From: a virus
Lineage: Duplodnaviria > Caudoviricetes
IMG/VR virus record: IMGVR_UViG_3300010413_002075
Span: 1-62,779 of that record
DNA length: 62,779 nt
Strand: one strand, 5' to 3'
Under the pieces are notes generated by a model. The model was given only the letters and a program-made list of their open reading frames with translations, did not search any database and had not been told where the DNA came from. Both the position numbers and the translations under genes were made by a program. Below are positions 56,601 to 62,779 of this stretch, one piece after another. The stretch's first letter is position 1. Every line of letters begins with the position of its first letter.

Positions 56601-58326
56601 CACTCCCATCATATGCAAAAAACTGAATTTGACCCATTTGATCATTGCTATCTAAAGCAGATGGAGATTCTTCAGTACCTCTTGCATGTATCAATTGTAT
56701 AGATGATCCATCATTGCCATTAAAATAAGTGGTAGTTGTTATTGCTCCATATGGCTCTGCGGCCTCAGTTCTACGTCCAACAACATTTAATGAATTATAT
56801 ATTAAAGCACTAGCATTTCCGCCTAAAACTAATTGATTATTTTCACGATTCCAGAACAAATCATTATCGCCAGCTATGGCATCAGGTCCAGTAAAGAAAG
56901 CTATATAGCCATCTGCGCCTTGGGCAGAAGTAACTCCGCCTCCGCCACCAGCAGTTAGATCAACTGGTGAGGTATTATAATATTGATAATAAAGTTTATT
57001 GTCGGATTGATTTACATAAATAGTTCCATACCCATCAACGTCATGCTCGGCTCCTGGTGCGGAACCAGATTGTAATGCCAAACGACCATTAACAGTTAAT
57101 TTTTCGTGCGGAAGAGTAGTGCCAATACCTATATTTCCAGTTTCACTTAAAGCGAGTGTCATTATTCCACCGCTGACAAAGCGTATTTTGTCTGTACTAG
57201 ATATTAGAATATTACTACCATTAGATAAATAACCTAAGCCTCCATATGGCAAGCCGCTTGCAGTATGCTCTCCTGAACGTCCATTAGCATATTTTGCCAA
57301 ATTAAGCGCGGTCCCATTGGCCATAGCTTGGAAGAAAACTCTTCCATTGGATGGAGTAGATTCTACTTTAAGAATCATATTATCAGGATCTGAACCAGAT
57401 ATATGAAGCGGATAGTCTGGACCACTAGTCCCTATTCCAACTCTGTTATTAACATCATCATAATAAAATTGGGCTGCTCCACCAAACGAACCACCATTAT
57501 TATATTGAATTTGGCTATCAGAGCCAGCTGGTGTTCCGCCGCCAGTTGTCAAGTCATATTCAACTGAACTATCATTTTTAAAATATATCTTGCCATCGGT
57601 CTTAACATATAATGAGCCCCAGCCGCCACTTGGAGTTCTCTGGCCAATCTGTTCATAGAACCACAGAGACCCATCACTTTGAAATATCCAATTATCACTT
57701 ATCGATGTTGAGCCTCTATTCGTTGTCCCAATCCATATTCTACTACCACGTTGAGAATCTGACCAAGTCTCGTCTGCATCTATAACTATGCGTGCTGCAT
57801 TTTCCCAGCTATTGCCATCGTATCCATAAAACAGTAGATGGCCCATTCGATAATCTTGAGTTAATCCAGTTGGGGCATCCTTTGTGCCTTTAGCTCCTCT
57901 AAGATGCAAAGTACCACCAAAACCATTGTAGCTGGTAATTTGTATTCCTCTATAATAATCTTTATCGTCATCTATTTCTATGACATTTGATGGGCTAGTT
58001 GTACCGAGACCAAGTTGATTATTTTTTCTGTCCCAAAATAAATCATTATCTCCGGCTATTGATTCAGCGCCGGTAAAGAAAGCTAAATAACCATCCGCAC
58101 CTTCGGTTGCAGTGACGGTGCCACTGCCGCCACCTCCACCAATTTGTAACCAAGTTGGAGTCGTACTGGTTAATATCCAATAAGAATTTTCATCCAGTTG
58201 TCTTGCTAATTTTCCAATGTCGCCTGGCACAAATTCAGACGCACCGGTCCTAGCAGCTTCATCAGCATATTCCCAGTTATAAATCCTATGTATGTCGCCA
58301 AGGCCCAAATACCTATGTTGTGGCAT
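53695..58326 (-). CDS. Tail fibre protein with C-terminal intramolecular chaperone (peptidase S74-like)
   Basis: Gly-rich VGIG repeats; SSDERLKKDI...GLIAQE...LVEAIKDL plus terminal coiled coil. Confidence 0.88.
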   Translation of the reverse strand: MPQHRYLGLGDIHRIYNWEYADEAARTGASEFVPGDIGKLARQLDENSYWILTSTTPTWLQIGGGGGSGTVTATEGADGYLAFFTGAESIAGDNDLFWDRKNNQLGLGTTSPSNVIEIDDDKDYYRGIQITSYNGFGGTLHLRGAKGTKDAPTGLTQDYRMGHLLFYGYDGNSWENAARIVIDADETWSDSQRGSRIWIGTTNRGSTSISDNWIFQSDGSLWFYEQIGQRTPSGGWGSLYVKTDGKIYFKNDSSVEYDLTTGGGTPAGSDSQIQYNNGGSFGGAAQFYYDDVNNRVGIGTSGPDYPLHISGSDPDNMILKVESTPSNGRVFFQAMANGTALNLAKYANGRSGEHTASGLPYGGLGYLSNGSNILISSTDKIRFVSGGIMTLALSETGNIGIGTTLPHEKLTVNGRLALQSGSAPGAEHDVDGYGTIYVNQSDNKLYYQYYNTSPVDLTAGGGGGVTSAQGADGYIAFFTGPDAIAGDNDLFWNRENNQLVLGGNASALIYNSLNVVGRRTEAAEPYGAITTTTYFNGNDGSSIQLIHARGTEESPSALDSNDQMGQIQFFAYDGSGYSLGARIIGQTDGSISTGIVPGELRFYLTDTSGVNQYAFQMNYTGHLWLAETAYTNTPASGFGAIYVDNNGVLCFKNDSGVISYLSNRGSGSTNHIAIWSDTNTLTYDANDLYWDISNNRLGINTSSPQVEIHIYTSSPQIRLDNNSAGAKTWEIASYYQEDSLRFINITDNHSDLIIHGDGTVSVTSNLSIGGALINKDLSETFQVILQALDGYSGGGGTPAGSDGQVQYNNGGSFGGAAQLYYDDINDRVGLGLSSPSYPLHVYRNGSNPSVVIESASGSYDADVTVQSPKDSKIIAKTQADDPYLDCRIYAAGFGGSITTRWTAGIDNSASDYFKISYGGSPSSGTAAITIDPTNGHVGIGVDPAASAALYVNKDVDGARYMQIANWGSGTSVSAWTASVVSGTGTYIGAYGATNSATIGGQAAAGASVIHANPSTKMIVGTYSSAPFHLMTNNTHAMTIDTSQRVGIGLTSPVNKLDVEGGVAIGATYAGTDTAPTNGLIVEGKLGVGINNPSYKLDVRDDTNGALYGVVYNPNAGASAYSALAAGSSGGWAYMLGFSSAAGGTYGGQPTAGAAVCMSNYSTRFIFGSFDAAPVHFMTGNTHAATLSTDQNFGIGTDYPHERLTINGRMALQAGPAPGAAHDVDGYGTIYVDSSDNKLYYQYYNSSPALLAALASASARDGYLAFYDGNNNLAGDNNLIWDNEHHRLGLGVQPSTAIDMDTGETQPTITITGHGADGLGKLNLRGSGGTKDSPTATPDTYGISMIVFTGYDGNSYNYGSFLKVTAAGEWSDSNHGANVVLYTVPNGGTSGSANWIFGHNGAFLMKHIDTPTVMSSGYTGLYAKSDNKLYYRPYGGSETEIATSSDERLKKDIVTIENALEKVISMRGVTFNWIDENRSQDRQMGLIAQETEKAVPEVVWEDGIGYKNIKYDQLTGILVEAIKDLKKENDDLRARLETLENKIK

Positions 58327-58351
58327 AATTATGGCTCCTTAAATTATATTC

Positions 58352-61300
58352 TTACTCCTTTCCTTGGTTCAGTAGATTTTTAATTTCATTTAACTCAGCT
58401 CTCAAGCTGTCGTTTTCTTTCTTTAAATCTTTCACTGCCTCAACTAATACAGCTGTTAACTGATGGTATTTAATTGTTTTAGTTTTGCCATCTTGTACTA
58501 GTTCTGGCAGTACTTTCTCAGTTTCTTGAGCAATCAATCCTATCTGTGGAGATTGTTCTCTGTCTGGATCTTTCCAATAGAATTGGACTCCATTTAATTG
58601 TAATACATTATCTAAAGCATTATTTAGTGGTGTTATATCTCTCTTAAGCCTTATATCAGAAGCACCTGCTGTTAAATCATATTCTGTTCCGCCATCATTT
58701 TTGAGGTAAATTAATCCGTCTGTCTTAACGACAAGCGAGCCATAACTTGAATCTGGAGTAACATGTGTGCCAGAAAATTCTTTAAACCAGAGCGATCCAT
58801 CAGGACGCATCCTCCAATTATAATCTCCACTAGTGCTGTTAACCGCTGTAGTGTAAAAATCTATAGCTCCTCCATGACCTGATCCATCCCAGTCTTCAGC
58901 AGCTGTTCCAAATATATAGGCTCCAGCTCCCCAATTAGATCCGTCATATCCTTTAAATTCAATATATCCAAGAGAGTTGCTATTTACTACAGCGGCTGGA
59001 GATGTCTGTGTACCTTTTGCTCCACGCAACGATAATACTCCGGCACTTTCGTCATATCCAGATATGTATACTGTAGGATATCTTTGGTATCCAGAAAATT
59101 CTGCTATACCGGCTGGAGAAGAAGTTCCAACCCCTAACCAATTCTTTTCACGATCCCAATAGAGATCATTGTCACCAGCTATTGCTCCAGCGCCAGTAAA
59201 GAATGCTACGTAACCATCTGCACCCTGTGCTGAAGTTGCTAAAGCCTGACCACCATATCTTAATGTTCCGTCTGACTTAGCCCATAATGAGCCATAACCA
59301 TCAAACGATCTATTATAATTATCTTGTTCTTGTAAACTAATAATTCCGTTAACTGTCAATGCTTCATGTGATAATTCCGTGCCAATACCAACTTTACCTT
59401 CGGTATTAATTGCCATTCCAATTAGATTTGCAGAACATAAATATAATGGAGCTTGGCCTGCTACAAGAAATAATCCATTAGATGATATTCTAGTAGAGTC
59501 AGCTAATGACACACCGTCAAAAGTAAACGAACTATTCGAGCTAAATGTCATTATATTGCAAGCCGCTACATCGGCTACTACTTGTACCGCTGATCTTGCT
59601 GATGTTCCGGTGCTCGCATTTTTAACTCTGACCAACGATAATCCATCTGTTGTTTCTAATGTATCTATAATAAAACTTGGACTTACCCCAATACCAAGTT
59701 TGCTGTTCATTGTAATATTGCCATCTCCATCAACCGCAATATCTGATCGTGCATCTGTTACATTGTATATTTTAAATACTCCGCTATCGTTAATTACGTC
59801 ATAATCGTCGTAAGTCGTATCTTCTAATCTAATGCTTGGATCAATACCATTAATATGTATATGACGTTGTGGAGATGATGTGTTGATGCCAAGCCGAACA
59901 TTAGTAGAATCCCAATATAAATCTGATGGATCGTATGTTAAAGTGTTTGAGTTGGTCCAAATTGCTATATGATTTGCTGATCCTGAACCACCAACTCTTC
60001 CACTTAAAGTATATATGGTACCACTTGCATTTTTGTAGTATAAAGAATGATCTGTGCTTGCATAAATTTTACCATATCCTGTTGTAGTTCCAGGCGTAGA
60101 AGATAATTCGTCTAAGGCAATAGCGCCTTCAACCGTGAGTTTTTCTGAAGGATTTGTATTTCCTATTCCCACATAAGCTCCAGAAGCAGCATCAACAAAT
60201 ATACCAATATCATCATTGTTACCAGTTATAGCAAAACCATCACCACCATCAGTACGTAACCTGAAGAAATTAAGCATATTATTGTCGGTGCCAATTCGAA
60301 GTTGATTGCCATTAACTGAATCAACAATATTGAACATGCCTTCGCTAGAAAAACCACTAATCCAAACATTGTTTTGGCACAGTAATCCGCCTATATCAAG
60401 CCATCCTGGTATTCTAATTGTTCCACCAGGTTCTATTTTAAATGCAGTCCTATCAGATTGTGTAATCTGGAAATTTCCCTTGCCAGAATCAGTTCCAATA
60501 CCAAGACTCCAAGCATATCCTTGCCCCGTCTCAGCGTCAGTAGATATTATATGCAAACTATCTGGACCGAGCGACAAACTCTCCCAACGTTTAGTTGGAG
60601 ATCCTAATCCGTGAGTATTATCAGTGATTGGAAGAATATATCCATCAACCTCTAATTCGCTATTTGCATAATCCCAAATTAATTTGGTATCTCCTCCAAA
60701 CGAACCAGAATTATTAAATTGTATTTGAGTATCAGCTCCAGCAGGTGTTCCGCCTCCGCCGGCAGTCAAATCTATTTCAGCCTGTCCGTATGGTTTAAAA
60801 TATAGTTTATCATCAGACTTAACATATAATCTACCATATCCATCATAATCTAAATCTGAATTAAGTCCTGATAGTTCTCCAAAGGCAATCGCCCCCATTA
60901 CAGTTAATTTTTCATGAGGCAAATATGTGCCGAGGCCAAGATTTTGATCGGCATTAAAAGTTGCTGTGTATTGTCCTCCAGAAACTATATAGATACCAAA
61001 ATTACTTGGGGTTTTAAGCAATAATTTGCCACCATTAACAAAATGAGCAACGGAGCTTGCCATATCTATGCCCCATAAAGGAGTTGCTGTGGAATGGGGG
61101 CCACGAGTCACTATATAATAAGTTGTATCTCTTACTTCTTGAAGCAAGACAGAGGCATGAGATCCTCCGGTATCTCTATTTCTAATTCTTAAATTGACCC
61201 AACCATCTTTATATTTTTGAAATTCAAAGTCTTGATCTGTAGCAGCATTCCCTACTGAGAAGCGATCGTTAACTTCATCCCAATATACTTGTGAAGATGT

Positions 61301-62482
61301 AAATCTGCCAGATCCATCACTTAATTGTACTACCCCAGCACTACCAGAACTTATATTACAAAGATTATAAGTATTACTGCTTTCATCTATATAATTTAAT
61401 TCACCATTTGCACTGTTAACATAAAGAGTTCCAAAACCAGTTGTTGCTCCAGGAATGCCTGATTCTCTTATTAATATACCAGTATCTTCTACCCTAAAAT
61501 AATCAGTAGCATTATCACTTCTGCAGTAAAAATGTATTCTGCTATTATTATGGTCATACATTATAAAACGATTGTTAGTGCCTATGCCGCTAGCAAAAAG
61601 GGTTGCATAGTTGGTATAACAGCCAAAATATGCACTACCAGATTGTGATGTTACGCCTATGCCAGCGGAAGTACCTGATGCAGCATAAAATCTTGCAACA
61701 ACAGTATTAGCTACACTGGTTGACACATGCAACGGATATGATGGAGAACTTTCTCCAATACCAACTCTATCATTTACGTCATCATAATAAAATTGCGCTG
61801 CTCCACCAAATACTCCGCCATTATTATATTGTACTTGACCATCCGATCCAACAGCGCTGGCTCCGCCCAAAGTCAAATCGGACTCTGTTCCATCATGAGC
61901 TTTATAATATAATTTTCCATCTGTCTTGGCATATAAGGCTCCGAAACCAGATGTAATAGAGGTTGCTTCCGAAGCAAGTTCTTGTAATTCTACAAATCCA
62001 TCGCCTCGAATAACCATTCTGGTAATTGGACTTGATGATGTGGAGCCATCACAAGTTCCAAATTCCATTTTGGCTTTGTGAACAGTGCTTCCACTGGTTT
62101 TAATGACAGTAATATCGGCAACACCTGTCCAACCATTTGTGTCTCTGGAATTAAATCTTATCTCTCCTACTATATCGTTATCGGATAATCCGGCTAATGA
62201 TTCTGGCGTTCCTCTTGATGTCCAAAATTTCAAATAACCAAAAGCATTGCTTCCACCACCTGCTCCAGTATTGTCATATACATTTAAATGATAGTTGGCT
62301 TCGCCGTCTTGTTTACGAGAGGCGAAATTTCCTCCATAAGCAGTAACCCCACCATTAGTTGACAAATTTCCATTAGCACGATCATAAAATAAATCGTTGT
62401 CACCAGCGATACTATTAATACCAGTGAAAAAAGCTAAGTATCCATCACCGGTCTGTGCTATGGTAAGTGGTTGATATGACAT
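58352..62482 (-). CDS. Second tail fibre protein with S74-like chaperone
   Basis: Same repeat vocabulary; ASDIRLKRDI...GLIAQE; start MSYQ coupled through TAATG. Confidence 0.88.
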   Translation of the reverse strand: MSYQPLTIAQTGDGYLAFFTGINSIAGDNDLFYDRANGNLSTNGGVTAYGGNFASRKQDGEANYHLNVYDNTGAGGGSNAFGYLKFWTSRGTPESLAGLSDNDIVGEIRFNSRDTNGWTGVADITVIKTSGSTVHKAKMEFGTCDGSTSSSPITRMVIRGDGFVELQELASEATSITSGFGALYAKTDGKLYYKAHDGTESDLTLGGASAVGSDGQVQYNNGGVFGGAAQFYYDDVNDRVGIGESSPSYPLHVSTSVANTVVARFYAASGTSAGIGVTSQSGSAYFGCYTNYATLFASGIGTNNRFIMYDHNNSRIHFYCRSDNATDYFRVEDTGILIRESGIPGATTGFGTLYVNSANGELNYIDESSNTYNLCNISSGSAGVVQLSDGSGRFTSSQVYWDEVNDRFSVGNAATDQDFEFQKYKDGWVNLRIRNRDTGGSHASVLLQEVRDTTYYIVTRGPHSTATPLWGIDMASSVAHFVNGGKLLLKTPSNFGIYIVSGGQYTATFNADQNLGLGTYLPHEKLTVMGAIAFGELSGLNSDLDYDGYGRLYVKSDDKLYFKPYGQAEIDLTAGGGGTPAGADTQIQFNNSGSFGGDTKLIWDYANSELEVDGYILPITDNTHGLGSPTKRWESLSLGPDSLHIISTDAETGQGYAWSLGIGTDSGKGNFQITQSDRTAFKIEPGGTIRIPGWLDIGGLLCQNNVWISGFSSEGMFNIVDSVNGNQLRIGTDNNMLNFFRLRTDGGDGFAITGNNDDIGIFVDAASGAYVGIGNTNPSEKLTVEGAIALDELSSTPGTTTGYGKIYASTDHSLYYKNASGTIYTLSGRVGGSGSANHIAIWTNSNTLTYDPSDLYWDSTNVRLGINTSSPQRHIHINGIDPSIRLEDTTYDDYDVINDSGVFKIYNVTDARSDIAVDGDGNITMNSKLGIGVSPSFIIDTLETTDGLSLVRVKNASTGTSARSAVQVVADVAACNIMTFSSNSSFTFDGVSLADSTRISSNGLFLVAGQAPLYLCSANLIGMAINTEGKVGIGTELSHEALTVNGIISLQEQDNYNRSFDGYGSLWAKSDGTLRYGGQALATSAQGADGYVAFFTGAGAIAGDNDLYWDREKNWLGVGTSSPAGIAEFSGYQRYPTVYISGYDESAGVLSLRGAKGTQTSPAAVVNSNSLGYIEFKGYDGSNWGAGAYIFGTAAEDWDGSGHGGAIDFYTTAVNSTSGDYNWRMRPDGSLWFKEFSGTHVTPDSSYGSLVVKTDGLIYLKNDGGTEYDLTAGASDIRLKRDITPLNNALDNVLQLNGVQFYWKDPDREQSPQIGLIAQETEKVLPELVQDGKTKTIKYHQLTAVLVEAVKDLKKENDSLRAELNEIKNLLNQGKE

Positions 62483-62778
62483 TATATGATTCCCCATTCA
62501 GAACCATACGATACGAATGTCAGTGATTTATATCCTTCAGCTATCTCAACAAAAGCCTGACTATCAATCGTCTCGGCTCCATTTCCGTCAATTGTTATTA
62601 TATTAGTGCTTGATGTTGTATTCTTAACTATTACGGTTTGTCCAGTTCCTCCTGATGCAGCTGGTAGTGTAATTGTAAATCCTCCGCCAGATGGATCACA
62701 GCGAACTATTTCATCAAATGCTGCTGTATAATTTCCAGTCTTAGAGGCAGTTATTGTATATTGAGGGGCTCCGCCTCC
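62482..62778 (-). CDS. C-terminal part of a tail-fibre-type protein (enters from beyond the window)
   Basis: Hand translation GGGAPQYTITASKTGNYTA...FTITLPAASG..GQTVIVK...IDGNGAETID...WGII-stop. Confidence 0.75.
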   Translation of the reverse strand, partial: GGGAPQYTITASKTGNYTAAFDEIVRCDPSGGGFTITLPAASGGTGQTVIVKNTTSSTNIITIDGNGAETIDSQAFVEIAEGYKSLTFVSYGSEWGII

Positions 62779-62779
62779 G

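Noticed and set aside
808-61956. Plus-strand ORFs in the supplied track
   Set aside because: All are antisense shadows of long minus-strand genes, with no recognisable motifs.
53695-62482. Diversity-generating retroelement acting on the tail fibres
   Set aside because: No reverse transcriptase in the window, and I saw no near-identical repeat pair differing only at adenines.
1-62779. Alternative genetic code (stop-codon reassignment)
   Set aside because: Conserved genes are full length and tightly packed under code 11, and TAA, TAG and TGA all end genes.
1-62779. Bacterial chromosome origin, suggested by tig, dnaJ, tsf, infC, recA and dnaE
   Set aside because: These genes lack their usual operon partners and are interleaved with tail fibres, a terminase-like gene and many phage-type hypotheticals on a single strand.

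Overview
This 62.8-kb AT-rich window looks like part of a large (jumbo-type) tailed phage genome. All credible genes lie on the minus strand and read with genetic code 11. In transcription order (right to left) it contains five blocks. (1) Modular tail-fibre genes with intramolecular-chaperone C-termini. (2) A ~1-kb non-coding RNA operon (51825-52893) under a perfect sigma70 promoter. (3) A host-takeover block: EF-Ts, RmlC, GlnA-like, IscS, a Ro60/TROVE-like vWA protein, DEDDh nuclease, JAB, ThiF/E1, ClpP, lytic transglycosylase, UDG, dCMP deaminase and tmRNA. (4) A replication/recombination block: FtsK, split primase, SbcCD, Cas4-like nuclease, two sigma-like proteins, trigger factor, DnaE, SSB, RuvC, DnaJ, RecA and IF3. 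(5) Probable head-associated proteins, a CCA-adding-type enzyme, a DNA-ligase fusion and the start of a probable large terminase. The standout is the RNA operon. Four RNAs share a fixed Y-RNA-like scaffold (covarying terminal stem, AAGCUUACAUAC ... ACAGCUU) and carry different cargoes: none, a circularly permuted tRNA, a Gly-like tRNA body and a Pro-like tRNA body. The operon also holds an RNA with an anti-Shine-Dalgarno loop and four CCA-ended tRNA mimics with closed or altered anticodon arms and covarying D-loop/T-loop pairing. A Ro60-like protein with E1, JAB, an exonuclease and a putative E2 is encoded ~8 kb downstream. All calls come from reading motifs by eye; no database searches or folding programs were run.
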